Shown here: piece after piece, positions 37,801 to 46,755 of the stretch
How positions within the stretch are numbered: the stretch's first letter is position 1
Layout: every line of letters begins with the position of its first letter
Assembly: GCA_041737295.1 (NCBI GenBank)
Contig: JBGSSA010000220.1
Location: forward strand, 32,170-96,169
Direction of reading: 5' to 3'
DNA length: 64,000 nucleotides
DNA from: Bacteroidales bacterium
GTDB lineage: Bacteria; Bacteroidota; Bacteroidia; Bacteroidales; UBA10428
Translations under genes and position numbers: made by a program
The notes under the pieces: model-generated
Databases searched by the model: none
Told to the model about the DNA's origin: nothing
Seen by the model: only the letters and a program-made list of their open reading frames with translations

Positions 37801-38386
37801 GGTATGGCCTGAAGGGGTTCGGCATTTTTCATACAGGAAAGATCCTGTATTGCCTGATAACAGCACCGGGATGGGATTTGCCACCGACAATGTTCAAATA
37901 GCCTTTAATGTAATTCCTATTGGAAAGGATGGATATGGGTCTCATCCTAAAGGAACCATGCCCCGCTATACAGGGTACAAATGCACTGACTACGAATATG
38001 CACTCAACCAGGTGGCTCCTGAATATGGAGGAGGCACTGAGATCTGGCGGTTACTGGTGCCGGGCATGCCGGAGAAACATTTTTATCCCCGTCAGCCTGC
38101 CTCACCCTTCGACGGTCCGGTAAAGCAAGGACAGTTGGCAGTCCTCCACATGGGGAACACCCGGATAACCGAATGTGCTATTCCCTGGAGTGAAATTCCG
38201 GATGTTAAAAAGGCACTCGATGAAGGTCGCACCATTAAGTTTTCATTTCGGGTGAACGATGACAACAACATGGGAAGTTGTATGGAGTTAGCCCGTGACC
38301 GCAGTGTATCGAAGAAAAATTCACGCGCTTTTCATGCATCCTGGAAAGAACACTGGGCAAATGAGGTGGAATTTGGATTTGAATAA
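34886..38386 (+). CDS. Large secreted protein, possible clan GH-A-like glycosidase with a C-terminal CBM9-like region
   Basis: The ATG at 34886 gives the signal MRSLYLFLLFHTFIILPALPQ; the ORF-track start is a TTG at 34865. GVHLWNEPWEGISISGW contains the NEP acid/base-type motif of clan GH-A. IDGNLEDWENSIPHTV ... DDDYFYFAAKVAD follows a CBM9-like pattern. The function is uncertain. Confidence 0.5.
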   Translation: MRSLYLFLLFHTFIILPALPQMRAPEEWLNYESVLGLKNGQRFYDYDVLCKGSSASVNVFWPGEKAHFTFHITNNTDASMITAGRVDIIRYGCKGLPNDIWLPEIVKMADVQSIPISINLAPKGETDIDLEPALPETFGGYAVVFDLGQHGRRLATSVIRTFKPNPRPIQYPKQSLDDLGADFLSRIGVQAIRMGVPYIPTTHRDYVQEMEKLDRQLREYKSKNITVLLMFGEGPAQIPLGNPRSFLDENGIYLKTKQDYAWLPSLDADFQKFVKNICVKNGWPRGCVTGVHLWNEPWEGISISGWQADMLRYREIYTTMAGGVLEARKTGVDVLIGGCDSNSNAWDKLFSDGTQKFLPIFDFLSIHYQGMESPCLYPGWNNRKDHKGRVLIWDTESWVGNTDDRIGTVVAVNRSAGYDRSMGIYGGYMISRPDNGNAVPSVWSPAAAMGAVQHMIGERDFGELLFKNGLPWILLFNGSEGNEDDGSVVVCGDIGEAFGTANVLFRGVHGSTEPMVPHSEQKILTGGKMTIKAHPAFRLFDFYGNPVPPKGNMMEIPLTFQGYYLRTDGSLGSFEILKTALQNGFVEGYEPVDIVARDMTSRIGQNAELGIQLTNILNRTISGSLQVSLGHLTLETQASFSLGANETRMIQVPVMAGEPSPDNTYRLEVIVDAGKDGKAYHQENMHVNVISKGTKKIDGNLEDWENSIPHTVTAGSASISVTEAAWYPFKKFDKEAEGLATGFLAYDDDYFYFAAKVADPTPHPGTLRFETRNDDEFFYPDTSYKPDTELSFKKTNGRRDAEENDPLALQNPDGPGRIMNYWEPDKNNIGFGLDLHLPPGKTTQVSFFLPNIDTWQTGVEIRDAETMSLLASHTFEKLWEGLYLVYAMSGNVRVTFKGNWWYNVKLAGIFIDSISKSSTDASSAILIKEDFGTKGNWKGIYGKSGYWIFGTNPSLPAGITMQATDIEKLTPLVWPEGVRHFSYRKDPVLPDNSTGMGFATDNVQIAFNVIPIGKDGYGSHPKGTMPRYTGYKCTDYEYALNQVAPEYGGGTEIWRLLVPGMPEKHFYPRQPASPFDGPVKQGQLAVLHMGNTRITECAIPWSEIPDVKKALDEGRTIKFSFRVNDDNNMGSCMELARDRSVSKKNSRAFHASWKEHWANEVEFGFE

Positions 38387-38908
38387 GGCGACTTATTCAG
38401 AATGCCTGGTCATTGCACTCCCCGATCCCGTGAAAACTATAACGCGCTAACCGGTATTGGCGCTGAGAAAGGCACAGCCAGTGACCAGTAAAATCATTGG
38501 GGAGCCTTGCTGGGGTTTATGGAGTTCATTGAATCAGGCCAGTTCGAAGCGCCTGAAAAACCACTTCATTAATTTCTGTATGAATTTAAAAATATTAAAT
38601 TTGACAAAAATGAAAAAATGCCCCTGCTGTTTGCGGAGGCTACTGCAATTTCAGACCAATTCATGGCAAATTTAACCAGCAGAACAAGGCAAATTAGCCT
38701 TAATGCAGGGCAAAAATATAAAATCAGGTTGAATTTTTCAATGGCTTGTAAGGGGCTTCCATCAATTATTTAATAGCACTTCATGCCTAACTTTTGCGAG
38801 AGATGAAAAACTTCAGGAGATGCAGCCTGAAGTGTGGCTGTGTTATCCGAATATCTATGAAAAAGCTGAGTTAAAGCTTCAATAGCTTAGATTTCAATAT
38901 ATTTCATA

Positions 38909-39496
38909 ATGAACGAAAATAATCGACTCTTCAGTGACGAAAAAAATGATTTTAAAAACATGTTTAAGATGTACTTTAAACCACTGTGTCATTTAAGCCT
39001 GCACTATTTAGGTAATGAAGATGAGGCAAAAGGTGTTGTTCAGGATGCATTTATCAAGCTGTGGGAAGTAAGGTCAAATCTTGATTCAAATACAAAGCTG
39101 GGTAATTTTCTATTTACCCTCGTTAAAAATGATTGCCTAAATATTTTGAAGAGAAGGCAAATTCTTCTGAAACATCATGAGAAAATAAAATGGATGGAAT
39201 TGGATTACCAGTATAAAAGTTTGGGGAAAATCAGTGATAATTTTCTGGAATTCAATGAGTTAAAAGAGAAAGTTGACCTGGCTGTAAAAAATCTTCCGGA
39301 GCATTGTCGGATTGTTTTTGAAATGAGCCGCAATGAAGAACTTAAAAACCGTGAGATAGCCGAGAAACTGGGAGTAACCCAAAAAACGATTGAAGCCCAC
39401 CTGACCAAAGCTCTAAAACTTCTCCGGAAAGAGCTGAAGGAATATCTTCCCGTGATTGCTGTAATAACTGAAATTCTAAAATCAGTCCACATTTAA
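38909..39496 (+). CDS. ECF-type RNA polymerase sigma-70 family factor
   Basis: 195 aa. Region 2 block: EAKGVVQDAFIKLWE. Region 4 block: LPEHCRIVFEMSRNEELKNREIAEKLGVTQKTIEAHLTKALKLLR. It is followed by a FecR-type anti-sigma gene and an STN-SusC gene. Confidence 0.85.
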   Translation: MNENNRLFSDEKNDFKNMFKMYFKPLCHLSLHYLGNEDEAKGVVQDAFIKLWEVRSNLDSNTKLGNFLFTLVKNDCLNILKRRQILLKHHEKIKWMELDYQYKSLGKISDNFLEFNELKEKVDLAVKNLPEHCRIVFEMSRNEELKNREIAEKLGVTQKTIEAHLTKALKLLRKELKEYLPVIAVITEILKSVHI

Positions 39497-39560
39497 AATT
39501 TCTGTTAAATCCATTAGGGTATTTGAACCTTCGTTTGTTCATAAATAAACAATTTTGACG

Positions 39561-40544
39561 ATGGATCAGAATATTATCATACACATACTTACCGGGGAGG
39601 CAACTACTGAAGAAAAGGAGTTTTTTTACAGGAGACTAAGTGAGAGTGAAGAAGAAGAGGAAATCTTCTACGAGGTGAAGAGTTTATGGCTTCATTCATC
39701 CATGAATCATCACAGCATAGACATAGATTCAGAATTTGAACTGCTCTGGAATAAAATTAAACATCCGAACAAACCTAAAGCTATAAAATTGCGAAGGATA
39801 CTTCAATACGCTGCTATCGTATTGGTTATTCTGGGTATAGGCGGTATTTTCGGTTATTTGATTTCACAGAATTCACATCAAGATAGCGATTCAGGAATTC
39901 AGAAGTTTACAGCATTAAAAGGAAGCGTGGGAATTATTGAATTAGCTGATGGAACAAAGGTTTGGTTAAACTCAGGTTCTCAAATCAGCTATCAGGAAGT
40001 TGGAAAGCAGCGATTGGCCGAACTTTCTGGTGAGGCTTACTTCGAAATCAGGCATAAGGAGCACTTTCCATTTTCAGTAAAAGCAAACCAGGTTATAGTT
40101 CGCGATTTAGGCACAACGTTTAACCTTAAGGCATATCCGGAGGATAAGTTAATAGAAACCTCGCTTGTTGAAGGTGAAGCCGAAATTTTATCAAGCGAAG
40201 GGAATATATTGGCTACTTTAAACCCGGGAGATTGTGCCGTTTACCACCTTGAAGACAAGGACATTGAAATAGTTCCGGTTACCAAAAACGTGATGTCGGC
40301 ATGGAGGGAAGGAAAATTTGTAATCCGCGATGAACGGCTTGAAGACATCTTTACTGAACTGAGCAGATGGTATGATGTGAAGTTTAAATTTGAAAATAAC
40401 GAGGTGAGGGACTACCGTTATACGGGTACTATCAGGAAATCGACAACTGCCCAGCAAGTGCTGAAAATGCTGAAATTAACTGCAAACTTTCAATACCGGA
40501 TTATCGAAAAACAATCCGGATCTGATGTAATTATTATCTATTAA
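39561..40544 (+). CDS. FecR-family transmembrane anti-sigma factor
   Basis: I chose the ATG at 39561; the ORF track uses a TTG at 39555. One TM segment (ILQYAAIVLVILGIGGIFGYLI). FecR core: LADGTKVWLNSGSQISY ... LSGEAYFEI ... VRDLGTTFNL. C-terminal block: LEDIFTELSRWYDV. Confidence 0.85.
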   Translation: MDQNIIIHILTGEATTEEKEFFYRRLSESEEEEEIFYEVKSLWLHSSMNHHSIDIDSEFELLWNKIKHPNKPKAIKLRRILQYAAIVLVILGIGGIFGYLISQNSHQDSDSGIQKFTALKGSVGIIELADGTKVWLNSGSQISYQEVGKQRLAELSGEAYFEIRHKEHFPFSVKANQVIVRDLGTTFNLKAYPEDKLIETSLVEGEAEILSSEGNILATLNPGDCAVYHLEDKDIEIVPVTKNVMSAWREGKFVIRDERLEDIFTELSRWYDVKFKFENNEVRDYRYTGTIRKSTTAQQVLKMLKLTANFQYRIIEKQSGSDVIIIY

Positions 40545-40738
40545 TACCTTTTTTACAATGAGAAGAATTATTTGAAAAACCTGGTTTAAACTGAAATGCC
40601 TATGGGAATAGTAACAGCAATCTAAACAAAAAACCGGGGAGCGGCTAACTCACCCGGTCATTCTTGTTGGAATTTACGGACGTGGAAATTTTAGCGATTT
40701 CCAGGCCCAATCAGTATTAATAAAAAACAAACAAAACT

Positions 40739-43700
40739 ATGAAGAAAAAACTAAAATTTTCAGATCTCCATTGGTCTGGGACAAAGAAATTACTACTGGT
40801 TATGAAATTAACATCATTTTTTATATTCTTTTCCGTGATGGCCAACGCAGCCAGCACATATTCTCAGGTTACAATTTTTGATCTGAATGTGAAGAATGCG
40901 ACGATTGTCGAGGTTTTTGACAAGATTGAACAGGTGACTGAATTCGGTTTCCTTTTTAAAACCGACCAATTTGATCTAGAGAAGCTCTACAATCTCGATA
41001 TCAGGAATTCCAATATTGAAGAGATATTGAATGAAATTCTGCAAAAAGATCAATATTCCTACATTATTCTCGATCGGAATATCGTGATAATGAAAAAATC
41101 TTCAGGTACCCTTCAGGATGAAAAGAAAATAACACTTTCAGGCAGGGTTACCGATACAACAGGTGTGCCCTTACCCGGAGTAACGATAGTTTTAAAAGGT
41201 ACTTACAATGGAACAGTAACTGATTCAGATGGGAAGTATACCCTCAATAATATTCCGTTGGATGGAACCATTATTTTCTCCTATATAGGAATGAATACGC
41301 AGGAGATCAGGGTGGGAGGAAAATCTACTTTAGATATTATCATGACCGAATCGACGATTGCCATAGGTGAAGTCGTGGCAATCGGTTATGGCTCGCTATC
41401 AGTCCGGAAAGTGTCAGGGTCAATTACCAATGTAACTGCCAAAGACTTCAACAAGGGCGCTTCACAAAATGCTGCCGATTTGCTACAGGGTAGAGTGGCC
41501 GGATTAACGATTACAAATCCCGGAGGTGATGTAACAACCTCACAAACGATACGGCTCAGAGGTACTTCTTCTCTCACTGGGTCCAGTTCACCTTTTGTAG
41601 TAATCGATGGTGTTCCCGGATTGGACATTAATTCCGTTGCCCCCGACGATATTGAATCGATTAGTGTATTAAAGGATGCTTCTGCCACAGCTATCTACGG
41701 TTCGCGTTCGGCAAGCGGTGTTATTTTGATCACCACAAAAAAAGGAAAACAGGGACAGACAAACGTTACGTATAGCAATTATGTTGCCGCTGATATTGCC
41801 ACCCGAACTCCTGAAGTGTTAACTGCCCAGCAATGGCGCGATTATACCGCTTCACAAAATATGGATGTTTCAGGCCTTGATAAAGGTGCCAATACAAACT
41901 GGTTCGATGAAATTACCAGAACAGGTATATCGCAAAATCACAACCTCTCCATTTCCGGAGGATTGAAAAACGGAAGCTACAGGGCATCATTGAATTACCT
42001 TGACCGTGAGGGTGTAATGATCGACAATTATCTTACTCGCATCAACGGACTTATTTCAGTGAACCAGAAAGCCCTAAAGGACAAAATGGACATTACCCTG
42101 ATTGCAGGAACAATTCAAAGCGATTTTCAGCCGAATAATACCCAGAACAGTGTGTATGCCTATAACATGCTGCCAGTTTACCCGGTAAAGAATCCGGACG
42201 GAACGTATTTTGATATCCAGGAATGGGATCAGGGGAACCCGGTGAACAACATGGAAAATAACAGCAATCTTCACAAAACAAGTCAATTGTATACCAATGC
42301 AAAAGTTGATCTCGAGATTTTCAAAGGTTTTACAGCAGGCATAAATCTGTTTAAACAGCGCAGAACAGAAGATGTGAGTGTATATAACGCATCAACAACT
42401 GCAGCCGGTCGTCAGGATCATGGATATGCAGAAAGGGAAAATATGCTTTGGGACAAAAACCTGTTTGAAACCACTGCAGAATATGCCAGAACAGCTGGAA
42501 AGCAAGACTTTAGAATTCTGGGCGGTTATTCCTACGAAGAAAATCTTTACCAGCAGTTAGGCGCTTCAAACCGTGGATTCATCAGCGATATTTTCGAATA
42601 CAATAATCTGAGCCTCGGAGAAAACCTTTATCCTACTGATGTTAATTCCTACAAGAGCATTAGCAAACTGATCTCATTTTTTGGCCGTGTAAATTACAGT
42701 TTTGACAATAAATATATTTTCACCACCACATTGCGACAGGATGGCTCATCCAAATTCGGCGAAAATCATAAATGGGGTCTTTTCCCTTCAGCATCTGTGG
42801 CATGGCGGATTTCAGACGAGGAGTTTATGAATAATGTTAATGCCGTTTCAGATTTGAAATTAAGAGTTGGATATGGAGTTGTTGGTAATCAGGATGGTAT
42901 CGATCCATACCAATCGCTGGCTTTGTATGATAGGGGCAGTGAATATTTCGATAACGGCAGATGGCACAATACCTATTTATACTCGCAGAATAACAATCCA
43001 AACCTGAAATGGGAGCAAACGGCAACCTTCAATCCGGGGATCGACTTTGGATTCATTGCTAACCGCATCACAGGTTCCATAGACTATTACATTAAAAAGA
43101 CAACCGACTTGTTATACGTTTACAATGTTCCTGTTCCACCCTATTTATATTCAACCATGCTGGCTAATGTTGGCGATATGGAGAACAAGGGGTATGAAGT
43201 TGTAATTAACGGCGATATCATGAATAAAAATGATTTTCGCTGGACTGCCTCTGTCAATTTTGCACACAATAAAAATGTTATCACCAGGCTATCTAACGAA
43301 AGTTTCCAGACTGATAATATCAAAACTGGTAATGTCAGCCTTCGTGGCTCTGGATATTTGACCAGCTCAATCATTGAAGAAGGACAGGAAGTAGGGACTT
43401 TTTATAATCTGAAATGCAATGGAATTGATGAAAATGGCAAATTCATTATAGAAGATATCAGTAAAGATGGTCAGATTAATAATGACGACTATACCTACAT
43501 TGGTCATGCCATGCCGAAACTAACCTATGGCATCCTGAACAGTTTCTCGTACAAGAAAATCGATTTTACATTCTTCTTTCGCGGATTGTATGGCAATGAT
43601 GTGTTGAATACACCCCGAATTCAATATTCAAACGCGAAATGGTTACCTGGCGGAAATGTTTTGGAGGAAGCGATAACCAACGGTATTACAGATGATCCTT

Positions 43701-43960
43701 TATTTTCGAGCTATTACATTGAAAGTGGCTCATTCCTGAGATTAGAAAATGTCAACCTGGCTTATAATTTTGATCTGCGCAATACATTGGGCATCAATAA
43801 ATTCAGAATTTTTATCTCCGGGCAAAATTTATTCCTGATCACGAAATTTAAAGGTCTTGACCCGGAAGTTAATATGGATGGTCTTGCTCCGGGTGTGATG
43901 GACATCTATTACGTTCCCAAGTCAAGGACATTGTCCGCTGGCCTCGAAATCAGTTTTTAA
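40739..43960 (+). CDS. SusC-type TonB-dependent transporter with N-terminal STN signalling domain (trans-envelope signalling)
   Basis: STN-like N-terminal extension (VKNATIVEVFDKIEQVTEFGFLFKTDQFD...), carboxypeptidase-regulatory-like domain (LSGRVTDTTGVPLPGVTIVLKGTYNGTVTDSDGKYTL), plug (VLKDASATAIYGSRSASGVILITTKKGK) and barrel ending ...LSAGLEISF. Confidence 0.9.
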   Translation: MKKKLKFSDLHWSGTKKLLLVMKLTSFFIFFSVMANAASTYSQVTIFDLNVKNATIVEVFDKIEQVTEFGFLFKTDQFDLEKLYNLDIRNSNIEEILNEILQKDQYSYIILDRNIVIMKKSSGTLQDEKKITLSGRVTDTTGVPLPGVTIVLKGTYNGTVTDSDGKYTLNNIPLDGTIIFSYIGMNTQEIRVGGKSTLDIIMTESTIAIGEVVAIGYGSLSVRKVSGSITNVTAKDFNKGASQNAADLLQGRVAGLTITNPGGDVTTSQTIRLRGTSSLTGSSSPFVVIDGVPGLDINSVAPDDIESISVLKDASATAIYGSRSASGVILITTKKGKQGQTNVTYSNYVAADIATRTPEVLTAQQWRDYTASQNMDVSGLDKGANTNWFDEITRTGISQNHNLSISGGLKNGSYRASLNYLDREGVMIDNYLTRINGLISVNQKALKDKMDITLIAGTIQSDFQPNNTQNSVYAYNMLPVYPVKNPDGTYFDIQEWDQGNPVNNMENNSNLHKTSQLYTNAKVDLEIFKGFTAGINLFKQRRTEDVSVYNASTTAAGRQDHGYAERENMLWDKNLFETTAEYARTAGKQDFRILGGYSYEENLYQQLGASNRGFISDIFEYNNLSLGENLYPTDVNSYKSISKLISFFGRVNYSFDNKYIFTTTLRQDGSSKFGENHKWGLFPSASVAWRISDEEFMNNVNAVSDLKLRVGYGVVGNQDGIDPYQSLALYDRGSEYFDNGRWHNTYLYSQNNNPNLKWEQTATFNPGIDFGFIANRITGSIDYYIKKTTDLLYVYNVPVPPYLYSTMLANVGDMENKGYEVVINGDIMNKNDFRWTASVNFAHNKNVITRLSNESFQTDNIKTGNVSLRGSGYLTSSIIEEGQEVGTFYNLKCNGIDENGKFIIEDISKDGQINNDDYTYIGHAMPKLTYGILNSFSYKKIDFTFFFRGLYGNDVLNTPRIQYSNAKWLPGGNVLEEAITNGITDDPLFSSYYIESGSFLRLENVNLAYNFDLRNTLGINKFRIFISGQNLFLITKFKGLDPEVNMDGLAPGVMDIYYVPKSRTLSAGLEISF

Positions 43961-43978
43961 CATTAAAACTACCGCATC

Positions 43979-45529
43979 ATGAAGAAAATAAAATACAGTA
44001 TCATATTGGCAATTCTTATTGCAGCATTTTCAAATTCATGCACAGATCTTGACGAAACGGTTTACAGTGAGGTTCCGGTAGATAAGTTCGGAACGAATCA
44101 GGATCAGGTAAATGCGCTTGTAGGATCCATCTATAGTACACTCAAGGGTCATATAGAAAATTGGGATTCATACATTGTACTGGATGAACTTTCAGGAGAT
44201 ATGATGGCAATCCCGGGATTCAAAGGTGGAGACTGGGGAGAACCGATGTTCCGGCAGGCCATGCAGCATACCTGGAATTCTCAGAGCAGCGGATGGAACG
44301 GAGTCTATAATAATCCGAGCAGCGGAATCTCACTTTGTAACCAGACCATCTATATGATCGAAACTAATCCAGCCATTACAGATGAAGCCAAAGCAAGCAT
44401 TATTGCTGAAGTCAGGGGTGTTCGCGCATTCTGGTATTATACCCTGTGTGATCACTACGGAAATGTACCGATTGTCACTGACTTTCTGGATCAGACCCTA
44501 CTTCCGGCGACCAGGACCAGAAAAGAGGTTTACGAATTCATTATAAACGAGCTCAATGATATCAAAGATGAATTGAGAGACGATGTGGCTACTCCGGCAA
44601 GTTATGGTAAGTTCACGCAAGGTGCAGCATATACTTTACTGGCAAAAATGTACCTGAATGCCGAGGTCTGGAACCCTTCAGAAGGCGCAAAATGGCAGCA
44701 ATGTATCGAGGCTTGCGACAAGGTTATTGGTATGCCATACATTCTGGAGCCGAATTGGAAGACCAATTTTATCCCGAATAACGAAGTCTCGAAGGAAGCG
44801 ATATTATCCGGAGTTTTCAAAGCAGGTGGAAGTGGCCAGCAAAATGACATCGCCATCAATACGCTTCATTATCTCGATCCCATTGCACTCGGTTTAAGCA
44901 TTAGTCCCTGGAATGGTTTGGCCGCTAATCCTGACTATGTCAAATCATTTGACACGTTAGATGTCAGGTATAAGGGATCGTTTTTAATTGGACCGATGAT
45001 TGACCCGGCAACCAAGGAAGTTTTGATAACAGCACATGGTAGACCTCTGAACCATACAGTTGATATGGTTATGAATGAGGTGGATGAAACCGGCTGGGGC
45101 TGGATTAACCAGGAAGAAGGTGCCCGCATTGCTAAATGGGACTTTGCAGCCGGATTGAGCACCTCCATGGAAAATGACATTCATATTTTCCGACTGGCCG
45201 ATGTTTACCTGATGAAAGCTGAGGCATTGCTCCGCACCGGTGGAAGCGTGGCCGAAGCCACTGACCTGGTTAATAAAATTCGTGCCAGGGCATTGTCAGA
45301 TCCTGCAAAATTGCTTGATGCTGCTACGTTGAACGATATATACAAAGAACGCCGGTTTGAATTTGCATGGGAAGGATGCTCCCGGCAGGATATGATCCGA
45401 TTCGGAACATTTCTCTCCGCACGTCCACCTTTCAAACCATGGGAGAGTGATCCTAAATACTTATTATATGCTATTCCCCAGGAAGTTATTGATGCAAATT
45501 CAAACATCATACAAAACCCGGGATATTAG
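43979..45529 (+). CDS. SusD/RagB family lipoprotein
   Basis: Lipoprotein signal ILIAAFSNSCTD. It lies 18 nt after SusC. The C-terminal blocks ...ERRFEFAWEGCSRQDMIRFG... and ...NPGY are typical of the SusD family. Confidence 0.9.
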   Translation: MKKIKYSIILAILIAAFSNSCTDLDETVYSEVPVDKFGTNQDQVNALVGSIYSTLKGHIENWDSYIVLDELSGDMMAIPGFKGGDWGEPMFRQAMQHTWNSQSSGWNGVYNNPSSGISLCNQTIYMIETNPAITDEAKASIIAEVRGVRAFWYYTLCDHYGNVPIVTDFLDQTLLPATRTRKEVYEFIINELNDIKDELRDDVATPASYGKFTQGAAYTLLAKMYLNAEVWNPSEGAKWQQCIEACDKVIGMPYILEPNWKTNFIPNNEVSKEAILSGVFKAGGSGQQNDIAINTLHYLDPIALGLSISPWNGLAANPDYVKSFDTLDVRYKGSFLIGPMIDPATKEVLITAHGRPLNHTVDMVMNEVDETGWGWINQEEGARIAKWDFAAGLSTSMENDIHIFRLADVYLMKAEALLRTGGSVAEATDLVNKIRARALSDPAKLLDAATLNDIYKERRFEFAWEGCSRQDMIRFGTFLSARPPFKPWESDPKYLLYAIPQEVIDANSNIIQNPGY

Positions 45530-45547
45530 TATTTAAAAATCTATAAA

Positions 45548-46747
45548 ATGAAAAACTTATCACGAAGAAATTTCTTAGGAAACATGGGCACAATGGGTGC
45601 AGCAGCAGTAGTTGCGCCAACCTTAATGGCTTCTGCTTCAGTAACTCCACAACCGGAGGGTGGTTTTAAACCGTTCGGAAGAAAGGTGAAAGTTGGAATT
45701 ATCGGCTGCGGAAGCGTGATGAATGGCAATTATGCTCCTCATCTGGGGAAATGTCAATATGCCGAAATAGTGAGTTGCTGCGACATTAAACCAGATCGTG
45801 CTGAAAAAGCCGCAAAAACATTCAATATCCCCAATTGGTATCCACATATTGATAAAATGCTGGCTGGAGCTGAATTCGACTTGTTGGTAAATTGTACTGA
45901 CATGCAGGAACATGGCCGTCTGAACAAAATAGCTATTTTGGCCGGCAAATATGTTTGGAGCGAAAAACCAATGGCTACCACTTACAAGGAAGGACGTGAG
46001 CTTTTTGACTTGGCCATATCTATGGGAAAACATATCTGGGGTGCACCTGCCATGGTGAACAGTCCTCAGTTTGCTTTTATGGCGCGGCAACTTAATGCCG
46101 GTAAACTTGGCCGGGTTGCGGCAGCACATGCTCACTACGGACATCAGGGTCCGGAATGGTCTGCATTTTTCTATGAAGAAAATGGCGGTAGTATGCCGGA
46201 TTTAGGGGTATACAACATGGTTTCGCTTACAGGTTTGCTCGGACCAGCCAAATCAGTTATTGCCATGTTGAATATAATTACTCCAACCCGTAATGTGGAG
46301 GATAAAGGATTTATTCAGGTTAAAGCCGAAGATAATGCCCATATTCTGTTGGAGCATCAAAATGGCGTACTTTCACATGTTCAATGTGGTTTTAACTATT
46401 TCAATCCGGCAGGTCATTCAGGCCTGGGAGAGAACCGTCCCACAATTTCTATTGTCGGATCAGATGGAGCTTTAAATCTGGTTGGTTATGACTGGCATCC
46501 TCTGGGCGTAGAACTGGCTACAACATCCCATCCTGAAATTGAAACCTCTGTAACCGATTCGGGTACATTTGTATGGCAGGAAGGAGCTTCAGTGATTTGC
46601 GAACACCTTTCAACAGGCAAAGAATTGCTGATCACTTCAGAACATGCGCTGCACGTTTTGGAAATCATTGAAGGGGCTCGAAAATCGCAGGCTACAGGAC
46701 AACGGATTTCATTGCAGTCGGCATTTAAATGGCCGGTAGTTGTTTAA
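45548..46747 (+). CDS. Tat-exported Gfo/Idh/MocA family NAD(P)-dependent oxidoreductase
   Basis: Twin-arginine signal SRRNFLGNMGTMGAAAVVAPTLMASA. Rossmann start VKVGIIGCGSV. The family's conserved EKP block is present (VWSEKPMA). Confidence 0.8.
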   Translation: MKNLSRRNFLGNMGTMGAAAVVAPTLMASASVTPQPEGGFKPFGRKVKVGIIGCGSVMNGNYAPHLGKCQYAEIVSCCDIKPDRAEKAAKTFNIPNWYPHIDKMLAGAEFDLLVNCTDMQEHGRLNKIAILAGKYVWSEKPMATTYKEGRELFDLAISMGKHIWGAPAMVNSPQFAFMARQLNAGKLGRVAAAHAHYGHQGPEWSAFFYEENGGSMPDLGVYNMVSLTGLLGPAKSVIAMLNIITPTRNVEDKGFIQVKAEDNAHILLEHQNGVLSHVQCGFNYFNPAGHSGLGENRPTISIVGSDGALNLVGYDWHPLGVELATTSHPEIETSVTDSGTFVWQEGASVICEHLSTGKELLITSEHALHVLEIIEGARKSQATGQRISLQSAFKWPVVV

Positions 46748-46755
46748 GTTTAATA

